Shown piece after piece: positions 1 through 13,469 of a stretch of 64,000 nt of DNA. Origin of the DNA: Mobula hypostoma (lineage: Eukaryota); contig NC_086107.1 of the NCBI RefSeq assembly GCF_963921235.1, positions 100,752,001-100,816,000 on the forward strand, read 5' to 3'. Below the pieces are notes generated by a model. It ran no database searches and was not told the DNA's origin. It worked only from the letters and a program-made list of their open reading frames with translations. The translations under genes and the position numbers were made by a program. The stretch's first letter is position 1, and each line of letters starts with the position of its first letter.

Positions 1-117
1 TCCCTCCCCATCATCAAGAACATCTTCCAACGGCAGTGCCTAAGAAGGCAGCATCCATCATTTAAAGACCCTCACCATCCAGGACATGTCTTCTTCTTAT
101 TACTACCATTGGAGTGG
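1..117 (+). mobile_element. Rex1/Babar-type LINE 3' ORF fragment
   Basis: LP.I..I...C..KAASI.KDPHHPGH motif, shared with the longer copy at 18030-19120. Confidence 0.6.
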
Positions 118-1200
118 ATGTAGTGGTTCGTCCATCGTCGTCGATGAAGACCTCGACACCATTAGTCACTTTGAGACTGGATGCGGTGTGTCCAAAGATT
201 ACTGGTCAGGCCAATTAGGGCACGGGATGTCCTGGCACATGTTGGGCAGACGTGCAGGCACTGCAGTTGTTGCGCTGGTGGATCTGGACTTGTGCAGCTC
301 GCGCTTATGTTGTGCTTCAGCAATGCGCCTTGCTTCGTAAGCTCGACAGCCCTCGTGGATGAGGCCACGCCAGGTAGGGCGGTTTTGTGCCAGCGTTTCC
401 CAGGAGGTCGTGTCTATGTCAAATGACTTCAGGGAGGCCATTAGTGTGTCTTTGTAACATTTCTTCTGCCCTCCATGTGAGCGTCTTCCAGCAGAGAGTT
501 CCCCAAAAAGAAGTTGCTTGGGTATGCGCATGTCCGGCATGCGGATGACATGACCTGCCCACCGGGTTCTGTGCTCTCATCAGCAGTGTGTGGACTGATG
601 GCAGACTTGCTCCAGAGAGAACTTCAGTGTCTGGTACTTTGTCTTGCCATCTGATGCCTAATATTCTGTGAAGACAAGTCATGTGGAAATGGTTGAGCTG
701 TCTTGCATGCCTTCGATACACAGTCCATGTTTCACAGGCATACAGGAGGGTAGTGAGTACCACGGCTCTGTAGACCTTCAGTTTTGTCGCTGGACTGATT
801 CCTCAACGTTCCCATACTGTGGAGCGCAGTCTACCGAAAGCAGGACTTGCCTTTGTTATTCTGTATCAATAGTCACTGCTCGGGAGAGGGTGCTGCCAAG
901 GTAAGTACTGTAAACTGGTCCACTGCCTGTAGCTTCTGTCCTTTGTGATTTTGGGTTCTGTGTACGGTGCATGAGGAGCAGGCTGGTGTATGACTTCGGT
1001 CTTTTTGATGTTGATGGTGAGTCCAAAGTTGTCACAAGCCATGGAGAATTTGTCCATATTGACTTGCATCTCTGGCTCCGAGCCAGCATACAGGGCGCAG
1101 TCATCGGCAAAGAGGAAGTCTCTCAGAACGGTCTCCTTCACTTTGGTAATAGCTTGAAGGCTCCTCAGGTTGAAGAGCTTCCCATCCACTCTGTACTTGA
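118..1200 (-). mobile_element. RTE-clade (BovB-like) LINE, 5'-truncated, frameshifted RT and C-terminus
   Basis: DGKLFNLRSL..TKV..RDFLFADDCAL; VLTTLLYACETWTVYRRH; RIPKQLLFGEL..GRRSHGGQKK.YKDTL. Confidence 0.9.
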
Positions 1201-2744
1201 GGCCGGGGTGTGGCCGCTGTCACATGCAAACAGCTACAGGGAGCCACAGGTGAGAGCTGAGTGCCAGGTGGGGGCCAAAGGTGGACAAACTGCCCTGAAA
1301 AGGACGCGACATGTTCCCCCACCAGAGATGCTACCCCTCCCTGATGCCCCATTGAGGGGATGGGTCGGTGGGGATGAAGTGAGAGGCTGGGAGGTGATGG
1401 ATGGATCTTGCTTTCAATCTGAAGTAAAACTTTTCACCAAGGATCTCCTTAACATTAGGTTTGCACATGATTACAGGTGTGATTGTTCACTCTGTACAGG
1501 ACCTGCTAATAATACTAAATCTGATAAATATTTTAAATAAGACATTTCCAGTCCTTGAATGTTGCCAAGACAAAGGTCCTTTACTAACCTTCTCCAAGAC
1601 TCCGCTCTCCCACCCCACCTCCCAAAACTACACCCTCCCAAATTACCCTGAAGCCAGTTAAACATCTCTCATGCCGTCCATGTAGGTATGGAGTAATTAT
1701 GGTTATAGAGTACCTGGAGCACTTTAAATAATTCCATCCTTCCCGACTGGCTAATATTAATAAATTGCAGCACTAGGTCAGACCAAATTTCCTCATATTA
1801 CAACCAAGTATTTCTGAAATCAGAGGCCTTCGTGGTTTATTGGCATATTGTCGTGACTTCCCTCCTCTACTACAGTAAAATATAGGCCACCTACCTACAT
1901 TATGACCCTTGAGAATTTCCAAGTAGTATGTAATTTAAATCCTGGAAATCAGATGTGAGGATCAGTGGAAGAAGAGAAGCATCTTCTGTTGAGTATGAGC
2001 ACCAGTTATTTCATGATGAATGTCCCAAAGATCAGTCTTTTGCTCTGTTATTTACTTCCTATTGCATTTCCCATGTTACTGCTGTGGATCTCTTCGGATG
2101 TGCTCTGTGGACTGTGAAGCACCTTGGCTGCCCTTGCAGGAGGTGCGGCGCAGCGGGGCCTCCTGCCTGCAAGGGTATGCTCTCCCTGGATCCAGCACTG
2201 GGGCTGCACCGTGATCGTTTAAACATCTGCGCTGGGGAAAGATGTTTCAAGTTGTGCTCTGGCCAAAAAATAAAGATCTGTCTGTTGTTGAAATTAGGAA
2301 GTAGGGCAGTCAGCTCAAATTAGGAGCAACTGGAGACTTTTTTTTGCCATTTATTGTTCATTGGGACAGGAGGATCTTGACATGTACACTATATACAAAG
2401 TTAAATTTTCTTACCAACTGGATGTCAGTCATGCTTTCAGATTTTCTTTTAACCTTTGAGCCTGTGCTTGAACTGATGTAGGTGCTTTCCTTGAATCGCT
2501 CGGTACTTTTTTCATTAACTTTCAGTTCCTGTTTGGAAGTTGCTGTGGAACTTACTTTCAGAGAATGCATTCAACTTCGGAAACAGTCATTTCATATATA
2601 AATTTATCCTCATCTCCCTACTGGTTCTTTTGCCAATGACCTTAAATCTTTATTTGCAGATGACTCCTTATGAAAAGGCTACAGTGCCAAAGCCCTTCAT
2701 ATCAGCCCTGTCTATAAGGAATGAGAATGTGCCATTCCCCTTAA

Positions 2745-3920
2745 CTGGACTATACCTCTTCCCTCCCTGTCTCCTATAAAAATGCTGTTCCCTTTTCTCA
2801 GTTCCTTCGTGTCCGCCATATCTGTTCCCAGGATGATGCTTTCCTTTCAGAGATGTCCTCCTCCTCCTACAAAGAATGGGGTTTCCCTTCCTCCACCATC
2901 GATACTGCCCTCACCCACAGCTCCTCCATTTTCTGCATTCACCCCATCTTCCAACCACCCTAACCAGGGATAGAGTTCCATTTGTCCTCACCTACTACCC
3001 CAGGAGCCTCCACATCCAACACATCATTTTCCTCAGCTTACCCTATCTCAAAAGGGATCCTACCACTGAATATACCTTTACCTCCCTCCCTCCACTTTCC
3101 ATAGGGATCACTCCCTCTTTGATTCCCTTGTCCATTTGTCCCTCCCTCTAATCTCCCTCCTGGCACTTGTCCCTGCAAGTGGCCAAAGTGCTACAGCTGC
3201 CCATTCACCTCCATTCAGGGGCCCCAAACAGTTCTTCCATGTGAAGCAACACTTACCTGTGAATCTGCTGGGGTCGTCTGTTGTGTCTGGTGCTGTCAAT
3301 GCGGGCTCTTCTACATCATAAATTGGGGGACCACTTTGTCGAGCACCTCTGCTCCATCTGCCAAAAGCGGAACTTCCTGGTGGCCAAACATTTTAATTCT
3401 GATTCCCCTTCCTGTTTCGGCATGTTGGTTCGTGTCCTCCTTTTGTTCCATGATGAGACTACTCTCAGGGTGGAGGAACAAAACCTTATATACCTTCTGG
3501 GTAACCTCCAATCTAATGGCATGAATATCAATTTTTCCTTCTGGTTAAAAAGAAACTCTCCCCTCTCCACTCTGGTCATTTGCCTCTTCTCACCTGCCTA
3601 TCACCTCTCCCGGATTCCCTCTTCCTTTCCTTTCTCTTGTGGTCCACTTTCCTCTCCTATCAGATTCCTTCCTCTCCAGCCCTTTACCTTTCTTACCCAC
3701 CTGGCTTCACCTGCCACCTTCTAGCCATCCTGCTTTCCTGAACCACCCACCTTTTAGTCTGTCACTTTTCCCCCTTCCTTTCCAGTCCTGATGAAAGGTC
3801 TTGGTCCGAAACACCAACTGTTTATTCATTTCCATAGATGCTGCCTGACCTGCTGAATTCCTCCAGCATTTTGTGTGTGTTGCTCTGGATTTCCAGCGTC
3901 TGCAGAATTTCTTGTGTTTG
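2745..3920 (+). mobile_element. Penelope-like element 3' part (RT thumb, GIY-YIG endonuclease, hammerhead-bearing tail)
   Basis: LDYTSS..KNAVPFSQFLR.R.ICS; LGDHFVEHL..VAKHFNS..EEQNLIY.LGNLQ.NGMN; hammerhead motif at 3783-3820. Confidence 0.85.
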
Positions 3921-4298
3921 CCGTTCCCCTTGAGCTTCATTGAATACCAAATGATCGTGTTTTCCACCTCTTTGCCTTTTTCCTACAGCCTTGCCAACTG
4001 TTTACCCATAATCACAGTTAAAATTAACAATGAGCTTTTAAGTCATATCCCAGTTTAATTCTAGAGCAAAGGACATGACACTGGGGGAGTCTGGCGAGTT
4101 GGACAACATCTGTGAAGGGAAGTGAACATTACGTAAGAAATAAGAGCAGGAGTAGCCCACCTGACCTGTTGAATCCTCTCCGCCATTCAATTAGATCATG
4201 GCTGATCTGGCCCTGAACTCAGCTCCACCTACTTGCACTTTCACCATAGCCCTTACTTCCCCTCAAATGCAAAAATCTATCTTAATTGTGTCTTAAAT

Positions 4299-5005
4299 AT
4301 ACTCAGTAGTCACTTTATTAGGCGCCTCCTATACCTAATAAAGCAGCCAATGTGTGTATGTTTGTGGTCTTCTGCTGCTATGTGTTTTGTGCATTCAGAG
4401 ATGCTGCTCTGTACACCACGGTTGTGTTTATTTGAGTTACTGTCACCTTCCTGTCAGTTAGAACCAGTACGGCCATTCTCTTCTGACCTCTCTGATTAAG
4501 AAGACATTTTTGCCCATCGAACTGCCTCTGACTGGATATTTTTTTTGTTTTTGTGCCATTCTCTGTAAACTCTTAGATAGAGACTATTCTATGTGAAAAT
4601 CCCGATAGATCAGCAGTTTCTGAGATACTTAAATCAACCTGTCTTGCACCAATAATCATTCCATGGTCAGAATTACTTAGATCACATTTCTTCCCCATTC
4701 TGATCTTTAGTCTGTATAGCTACTGTCGGCATGCTTTTTTATACATAGAGTTGATGCCACATGATTTGTTGATTGGAACACTCACAACAGGCTGGAGGAA
4801 CTCATTAGGACTCAGGGTTCCGGCCCGAAACGTCGACTGATCTTTTCCATGGAGGCTGCCCGACCTGCTGAGTTCCTCCAGCATGTTGTGAGTATTGCTT
4901 TGACCCCAGCATCTGCTGATTATTTTGTGTTTACGATTTGCTGATTGGATATTTGCATTATCGAGCAGATGTGCAGGTGTATCTGATAAAGTGGCCACTG
5001 AGTAT
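4299..5005 (-). mobile_element. Tc1-like non-autonomous DNA transposon, interrupted by a Penelope-derived fragment (about 4780-4935)
   Basis: Inverted ends actcagt.gtcactttatta / taaagtggccactgagt; body is the reverse complement of the 25608-26152 family. Confidence 0.75.
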
Positions 5006-5869
5006 ATATTTAATGAGGCTCCTTCTGCTCTTTCCCTGGGCAGTGAATGGGATCCTGATCAGCGATGGCAGCTAAGATGCAAGAGGTTCTGTAGATGCTG
5101 GAAATATTGAGCAATGCACACAAATTGCTGAGGAACTCAGCAGACCCTCCTGATGAAAGGTCTCGCCCCCCCCCCCCCCCCAGGTGTCCAGCATTTTGAG
5201 TGTGTTGCTCCGAGCTGTTGTTTGTCCATTTCCCTCTGCAGGTGCTGCCTGGCCCAGTGCGTTTTTGTTCAGCAAGTGTTTTTTTTCCTCTCTACTTGTG
5301 TTGCATTTTCAACAAATTATTCTAGAGCAAAACATCCAGTAATTTGGTCCATTCTCAGCTAATGGTATCTGCAAAATAATGTGTGGCATTTCAATTTGCC
5401 CTGACACCTTCAAAGATCAGTATTATGGGGTTGTACAGTAGGTAAATCAAGCCCTGCAGCCCACCCAGTTCACACTGATCATCACCCATTGACACTAAAC
5501 AAACACTGGTCTAGTTCCCAGCTTACAGTGCTGAATAAAAGCATTTGGACAGGTATATGATAGGAAAGGTTTAGAGTAGGGGTTCCCAATCTGGGGTCCA
5601 CAGATCCCTCGGTTAATGCTAAGGCTCAATGGCATAAAATAGGCTGGGAACTTCAGAGGGATATGGGCCAAATGGGATCAGCTCAGAAAGACGCCTTGGT
5701 CGGCATGGGAGGGTTGGGCCGAAGAGCCTGTTTCTATGTTGTATGATTCTTGACTATATTACTGACTTGGAGGAGGATACAAGGTATATAAGGCTTTAAA
5801 GTTACTGATGGTGTGACAGTAGGTGAGAAGCCATGCTGTAGAGAGTGTATTTGCACTCTTAAAACAAGG

Positions 5870-6935
5870 TATACATTGGTTGTGTGTAAGAACAAAAACT
5901 TGGCATGTGGAATTTAATGTAGGAAAATGTGATGTCATGAACGTGACATTAGGAAGCAAAAGCTGGACTATTATCTAAATGGAGAAAAATTACAAAAGTG
6001 GAGTGGAGGCATTAAGTCTTTTTGTGCATGAAAAACAGTATCCCTTTGCAGCAAGTAATTCTGAAAGCAAATGTCATATTGGCCTTTATTGCTAGAGAGT
6101 TAGAGTTTAAAAATAGAGAAAGGTTTGAAGATACAGCACAGTAACAAACCCTTCTGGTCCAATGAATCCACACTGCCCAATTACATCCGTGTAATCAATT
6201 AACCTGCTGATCCATACATATTTGGAATGTGGGAGGAAACTGGAGCACCCAGAGGAAACCCACGTGGTCGAGGAGAACGTACAAGTTCCTTAAGGACAGT
6301 GGCGGGAATTGAACCCATGTCACCGGCACTGTAAAAGTGTTTACACTAATGCTATGCTACAGTGCCATCTCCAAAATGTTATTGCAATCGGACAAGGTAG
6401 TGGTGAGGTAGCACCTGAATTTCTGTAAATAGATTGGTTCTGCTATCTACAAAATTATATACAAGCAAGGGAGACAATCCTAAAGAGATTCACAAGGCGA
6501 ATTCCTGGCATGGGAGGGTTATCTTATTACAAATAACTTGACAAAATAAAATTATGCCTGTATCTTATCTTGGAGTTTGGAAGAAATGAGGAGTGGTCTT
6601 ACTGACAGATGCAAGATCCTACTAGGGCAGGACAGTATAGATATTGAAATGTTTCCACTGGTGCAAGTGTCTCTAAAGGGGAGAATCATTTAAAGCTGCT
6701 GTTGGTAGAACTCAGTGCTGTGAACCTCTGGAATTCTATAGCTATACGGTTGTGGGATCTTGATTGCTGGAGTTATTAATAACAGAGTTAGATGAACTTC
6801 TGAATGACTAGCAAATTCAGGGCTATGGGAAACTAGGATGGAAGAGGGATTGAGATCTTAGAGTAATTTAGTCATGATCAGATGGAATGTTAGACTTAAA
6901 GGTTCAAGTGTCCTCCTATTCCGGTTAGTGTTCTT
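5870..6935 (+). mobile_element. Degraded CR1 LINE 3' part with a nested V-SINE (about 6130-6370, minus strand)
   Basis: W..EFNVGKC.VM motif; SINE V-domain ggaatgtgggaggaaactggagcacccagaggaaaccc. Confidence 0.7.
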
Positions 6936-7791
6936 GTGATAGACAAGCTACAGCATTTGGCTGCCTGAGAACTGTCTCCCTTGCCAGGTTCTTCTTCCGT
7001 CTCTCTGCTGTTGGGCCACATTCATAAGACAGGAGAGAAACCATCTAAAAACATGCTCAAGGGAGGAGCAGGCTGCTGACTGCATGTTGTGGCTGAGATT
7101 CATCAAGGTGAATGGCAGTTTGGAGCCATGAAGGAGGGAGTTCTGGACCACATCAGGGCTGCAAGTGCTGCTTCCCCAAGTAATAGCATGCGCCTGCTTC
7201 CAAAGAGAATTTGTGTCCAGAATCTGGTTCCTCAGTCATGTAAAGGTTCACCACGCCTGGGAGATATTATGCTGTTTTGAGGGACAGCTGTCAACTTTGA
7301 TTGAAGGTCTTTTAGTTATTACACTGAGCTAAAATTTGGAACCTGGAGGATATTGTTAAAATGAGAGCATTAAATTCCGTTTTCAGCGATGGGTTGTATA
7401 GATCATAGAAGTCTGGCGGGCACATGAAGCAGAGAATCAGCAAATATCCCTGTTCAGAATCATCAGCAAACAAAAGCTTCCAGTCTTGTGTTGAGTTGGT
7501 ATTGTCCCAGAGATGCCCACGTCCCTGGGGTTGATTAACATAACTGTATATGTCTCTCAGTCGCTGTGGTTTGATTGTAACAGTAACTGCAACTTGATAA
7601 TTAATTAAAATTCTGAACTGCCTTGGAGACCTGGATATATAAAACTTCCCACTTTCCCACTTGAGTGTTTTGCTGCATTTAAGCATTGAAACGTACTGTA
7701 AGTTAAATCAGAATTGTCTGCTGTTAAAATTGGTGCACTCTGGATCAACGTATTTTGAGATTGAAATTGTTTATTTCTTTAACCTGTACAG

Positions 7792-7941
7792 GTTCTGGAG
7801 ACCTGTGTGAAAAACTGTGGTCATCGATTCCACGTGCTGGTGGCCAGTCGTGACTTTGTGGAGGATGTGCTAGTGAAAACCATTCTGCCGAAGAACAATC
7901 CTCCCAATATAGTGCAGGATAAAGTCCTGAGTTTAATCCAG
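7792..7941 (+). CDS. TOM1: TOM1/TOM1L2-family exon, VHS domain ([50 protein letters not shown])
   Basis: cag|GTT...CAG|gtaaaa; 150 nt, phase 0/0; peptide recognisable as TOM1-family VHS. TOM1 versus TOM1L2 orthology not certain. Confidence 0.93.
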
Positions 7942-8109
7942 GTAAAAGGCGCCAGTAGTTCATTGTTATCTCCAATATTTAGTCATTCAGCAATATCTAA
8001 CCCTTGACAACAACGTTAGTTTGGAAATGTTGCTTCCTTAAAATGTTTCATTTTTGTTTATGGTAGACTGTTTGAAGCTGAACACAAATATAATTTCAGA
8101 CTACTTGTA

Positions 8110-8720
8110 TCACGTAGGAATTTAGAGAAACAAGAAACTGTTTTGTTAATGATTTTCATTTATCTGTTGTGTCTGAGACTTCTTGCTTCAGTGTCCAAGA
8201 ATAATCACCCAGCATTGATGGACTCCAGTTGCCCTGACACTGTTTCTCCATGACCGCAATGTCCTGTTGAAACCTTTCACCATGCTCATCACTGACAGCG
8301 CCAAGATTTGCAGGGAAGAAGTTTAAATGGGAATGCAGAAAATGAATCTTTAGTGACATGTTGCTTCATGGCTTTGTATTCTTGAAGCATGTTGTCAACC
8401 AGCTGCATGTAATTTGGTGCTCTGTATTTGTCAAGAAAGTTTTCAACAATGTCCTTGAATACTTTCCATGCTATTTTTTCCAGTCCCACTAGAAGTTCTT
8501 TGAATTGCCTGCCATCGATGACCTATTTGATTTGTGGATTAATAAAAATGCCTTTCTTAATCTTGGCATCAATTATTCTGACTTGAATTATGAAGTGAAA
8601 TAACAAATATAGCCCATTTCAAAATAAATGGTGTGTGATAGGGAAATTTCATGGTGATTTTCATGATCAGCAGCCCAAAATCCATAAGGTTTTCCCAGAA
8701 GTATTCAGAAAGCAAAAACT
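8110..8720 (-). mobile_element. Chapaev3-like (CMC) DNA transposase C-terminal fragment
   Basis: MSLKIHFLHSHLNFFPANLGAVSDEHGERFQQDI..MEK..QG.WSPSML.DY.W motif; frameshifted. Confidence 0.75.
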
Positions 8721-10876
8721 TTGTTGTCTGTTGTAATTAGAAATGTACAGAATTGATGAACAGCAAACCAACTGGTCCATTAATCCATAGAGTGATCAAA
8801 ACATCATACTTAAAGCTCTTCAAGTAGCCTCCTCACCACATTTGCAAACCATGAGATTTGGAAGAGGCATAAATGGTGAAATCCCAAGACTAATGTCATC
8901 ATCATCATCATCATCAGGTGCGGTGCCCAGTTTGAGCTTTGACTGCCATGGCCCACACACTCCTGTTTCAGGTCAAGTGCTCCTCACTTGCTTCTGCATT
9001 TGTCTCAATGTCTCAGTCTGCTTCGATGCTTTAGTCACCAATTAATGGATGCTTTAAATGGTGCAATGGTGTTGAGCCTCGGTTCGCACCCCACCTCTAA
9101 GTTTCTTTGCATCAAGGCTATCGGAGTACGCGCTCGTTTCCCGTTATCTTCTCGGAGACAGCAAAGCGCTGGATAGCTTAAATGATCTCCAAACTGTATA
9201 TCGCAGGCTCTAACTCTAACAGAGCCAGAAACACACTTAAGGTGGAAAAACAGACATAAAAGGAGTAAAAAGGATATTTTCGTGAGATATCTGGAAGATG
9301 TCGATCGAGGGAGTGTTGTACGCTGGCGCCATCTTGACCAGATCATTGCAAAATGTCAAATATTCAGGGGTTTTTTTTTTTGCTAATTCTCATGTAATTC
9401 CATGCTTTCACTTTGCTGTGCTGATGGTCTGCCTGACAAAAGAGTAAATGAGTTGTGCATTCCTCCTAACAATACTACAAGGACAAAAAATTCAATAGTG
9501 TTCATATTCTTGGGAAAGATATCTCAGCTTTAGAATGCTTGCAGTATAGTTTTACCAGAATGATTAAATTATAGGCACACATTGCCAAGGCACACATGCT
9601 AGAAAGTTTAAGAAGAGCTCTGGTGAAAACAGGTTTAAAAAAAATTAGATTGCTAGTGTACACAGAGTAACTGTGTATCTTGGGACAGCAGAACATAAGA
9701 TTGTAAAATTTTATCATTTAGAGTTAAGCTATTAAGAGTAAGTCAACAAACAACTGAAAGTCTAGAATTCTCAAACTTAGTGAGGTTTGAACATATTTGC
9801 AATTGTACTTTTGTTCTGTGAAGGTATTGTGCTTTTGCAACATAAGCAGAGGATTCTTTTGCTGAGATGAAGGCCATTTGGTCTTACTGCCAACTGAAAT
9901 ACAATGTCTAATCCAAGTTTCCAATGCTTAATCCATAGCCATTTGTTGCAGCATTCCTGTCTAACCAAATTCTTCCTAACCTTTTATTCCGCAAGGGTAT
10001 TTGTTTCTGCCTCCTTTTTAGGGTCCCCTATAGTTGCACTCTGTTCTAAATGCTCCATTGTTTATTGATTTCTGTTACAGGAAATAAATCTTTGCAATAA
10101 ATTTTACCCACACCCTACAAGACATTATATCTGCAAGACAAGACATTATATCTTTTTATGTCTCCTTGTTCTGTCAACGTGCCTATCCAACAGTTCCTCA
10201 TAATTAAAATTATACAGGTTATATAAGAATTGCATCAGACATAATACACTTATTGACCATCCTGTTATCACTTCAAAAGAAATCAAGTCAAGTTAGTTAG
10301 ATATTTTGAAGCAAAAAACTCCATTATTCCTGCATGTCTTTAATTTGTGACCTTTCATACTGGCTATTAATACTTAGCTGCAAACATTTTCCTTTAGTTT
10401 TCTTACTATTGAGGTTAGATTTTCTTGCCTCTAATTTATTTGTTCTTCCCTTTTTTTAAAACAAAATATATACTGTTAACAACCTTCCAGTCCATTGGCA
10501 GTGTTTTTTGTATCCAGATGGAGACAGGCACAAGAGACCACAAATGCTGGACTGTGAAGAAACTTCCCCCTCCCCCACCTTGGTTTCAAGCTTGATTTTT
10601 TTTTAATAAAAATAAACTTTAATTATAATAAAAATATATTTACACAAATAAACTAGGTAATGATTGAGGTGTAGAATATTATAAGGCTAGCAGGAAGGAG
10701 CTTAAGAAAGAAATTGGGAGAGCCAGAAGAGGCAATGAGAAGGCCTTGGCGGACAGGATTAAGGAAAACCCCAAGGCATTCTGCAAGTATGTGAAGAGCA
10801 AGAGGATAAGATGTGAGAGAATAGGACAGTGGAAAAGTGTGTATGGAACCGGAGGGGATAGCAGAGGTATTTAATG

Positions 10877-11559
10877 CAACACACATCGAAGTTGCTGGTG
10901 AACGCAGCAGGCCAGGCAGCATCTCTAAGAAGAGGTACAGTCGACGTTTCAGGCTGAGACCTTTCGTCAGGACTAACTGAAGGAAGAGTTAGTAAGAGAT
11001 TTGAAAGTGGGAGGGGGAGGGGGAGATCCAAAATGATAGGAGAAGACAAGAGGGAGAGGGATGGAGCCAAGAGCTGGACAGGTGATTGGGAAAGGGGATA
11101 TGAGAGGATCATGGGAAAGGTGGCCCGGGGAGAAAGACAGGTGGGGGGGGGGGGAACCAGAGGATGGGCAAGGGGTATAGTCAGAGAGACAGAGGGAGAA
11201 AAAGGAGAGTGACAGAAAGAATGTGTGTATAAAAATAAATAACGGATGGGGTACGAGGGGGAGGTGGGGCATTAGCGGAAGTTAGAGAAGTCAATGTTCA
11301 TGCCATCAGGTTGGAGGCTACCCAGACGGAATATAAGGTGTTGTTCCTCCAACCTGAGTGTGGCTTCATCTTTACAGTAGAGGGGGCTGTGGATAGACAT
11401 GTCAGAATGGGAATGGGATGTGGAATTAAAATGTGTGGCCACTGGGAGATCCTGCTTTCTCTGGCGGACAGAGCGTAGGTGTTCAGCAAAGCGGTCTCCC
11501 AGTCTGCGTCGGGTCTCGCCAATATATAGAAGGCCACATCGGGAGCACCAGACGCAGTA
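10877..11559 (-). mobile_element. Penelope-like element 3' fragment inserted in CR1 with a 9-bp TSD
   Basis: GIY-YIG peptide YIGETRRRLGDRFAEHLRSV..LPVATHFNS..EEQHLIFRLGSLQPDGMN; TATTTAATG at 10868-10876 and 11560-11568. Confidence 0.88.
10939..10974 (-). ncRNA. Minimal type I hammerhead ribozyme motif (family A, intact core)
   Basis: Minus strand AGTC-CTGACGA-A-AGGTCTCAGCCT-GAAA-CGTC-GACT: helix I AGTC/GACT, helix II AGG/CCT, palindromic ACGT helix III, GUC site. Confidence 0.8.
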
Positions 11560-13469
11560 TATTTAATGAGTACTTTGCTTCAGTATTCACTACAGAAAAG
11601 GATCTTGCGGTTGTAGGGATCACTTGCAGTGGACTGAAAAGCTTGAGCATGTAGATATTAAGGAAGAGGATGTGTTGGAGCTTTTGGAAAGCATCAAGTT
11701 GGGTAAGTCACTGGAACCAGATGAGATGTACCCTGGCTACTGTGGAAGGTGAGGGAGGAGATTGCTGAGCCTCTAGCAATGATAGTTGCATCATCAATGG
11801 GGAAGGGAGAGGTTCTGGAGGATTGGAGGGTTGCGGATATTGTTCCATTGTTCAAGAAAGGGAGTTGGGATAGCCCAGGAAATTATAGACCAGTGAGTCT
11901 TACTTCAGTGGTTGGTAAGTTGATGGAGAAGATCCTGAGAGGCAGGATTTATGAACATTTGGAGAGGCATAATATAATTAGGAACAGTCAGCATAGCTTT
12001 GTGAAAGGCAGGTCGAGCCTTGTGAGCCTGATTGAATTTTTTGAGGATGTGACCAAACACATAGATGAAGGTAGAGCAATAGATGTAGTGTATATGGATT
12101 TGACAAGGTACCCCATGCAAAGCTTATTGAGAAAGTAAGGAGGCATGGGATCCAAGGGGATATTGCTTTGTGGATCCAGAACTGGTTTGCCCACAGAATG
12201 CAAAGAGTGGTTAGAGATGGGTCATATTCTGCATGGAGGTCAGTGACCAGTGGTGTGCCTCAGGAATCTGTTCTAGGACCCCTACTCTTCATGATTTTTA
12301 TAAATGACCTGGATGAGGAAGTGGAGGGATGGATTAGTAAATTTGCTGATGACACAAAGGTTGGGGATGATGTGGATAGTGTGGAGGGCTGTCAGAGGTT
12401 ACAGCAGGACATCGATGGGGTGAAAAACTAGGCTGAGAAGTGGCAGATGGAGTTCATTTTAATAAGTGTGAGATGGTTCATTTTGGTAGGTCAAATACGA
12501 TGGCAGAACATAGTATTAATGGTAAGACTCTTGGCAGTGTGGAGGATCAGAGGGATCTTGGGGTCTGAGTTCATGGGACACTCAAGGCTGCTGCGCAGGT
12601 TGACTCTGTGGTTAAGAAAGCATATGGTGCATTGGCCACCTTCAATCGTAGGATTGAGTTTAGGAGCTGAGAGGTAAGTTGCAGCTATATAGGACCCTGG
12701 TAAGACCCCACTTGGAGTATTGTGCTCAGTTTTGGTTGCTTCACTCCAGGAAGGATGTGGAAACCATAAAAAGGGTGCTGAGGAGGTTTACAAGGATGTT
12801 GCCTGGATTGGGGAGCATGCCTTATGATAATAGGTCGAGTGAACTCGGCCTTTTTTCCTTGGAGTGACAGAGAATAAGAGTTGACTTGATAGAGGTGTGT
12901 AAGATGATGAGAGGCATTGATCGTGTGGATAGTCAGAGGCTTTTTCCCAGGGCTGAAATGGCTAGCATGAGACGGCACAGTTTTAAGGTGCTTGGAAGTA
13001 GATACAGGGGAGATGTCTGGGCTAAGTTTTTACGCAGAGAGTGGTGAGTGCATGGAATGGGCTGCTGGCGACGGTAGTGGAGGTGGATACGATAGGGTCT
13101 TTTAAGAGACTCCTGGACAGGTACATGGAGCTCAGAAAAGTAGAGGGCTATGGGTAACCCTAGGTAATTTCTAAGGTAAGGATATGTTTGGCACAGCTTT
13201 GTGGGCTGGAAGACCTGTATTGTGCTGTAGGTTTTCTATGTTTCTAAACCTTGTAATGCCTTTTCAGTTTTTACATTCGTAGTCAGTGCATTCAGAACTG
13301 TTATATTACATTCCTGCACTTCAAAAGCACTGCTGCCACTTGTCATCTAGGATGGTTTCCTCACCCATCCTGGCCCCTCCCTTTTCTAGTAGCAGAAGAA
13401 CTGTGGTCCTCATGCACTGAGCCCTTTCAAACTTGAATTATATCCTTGGTTAATGAACATGGTTGCAAA

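Larger units (their letters stand above)
10680..13246 (+). mobile_element. CR1 LINE, 5'-truncated, decayed ORF2
   Basis: PGNYRPVSLTSVVGKLME; SGVPQ.SVLGPLLF.IFINDL; KFADDTK; LVRPHLEYC; 3' tail ttctatgtttcta. Confidence 0.95.

Noticed and set aside
1450..2600. Possible ancient L1-like coding remnants on the minus strand
   Set aside because: Only faint motif resemblance (FKVL..LY, HRAH); cannot be supported without a profile search.
1..7790. Upstream TOM1 exons (N-terminal VHS, GPKDA..KKR motif)
   Set aside because: Not found by eye; presumably upstream of the window.
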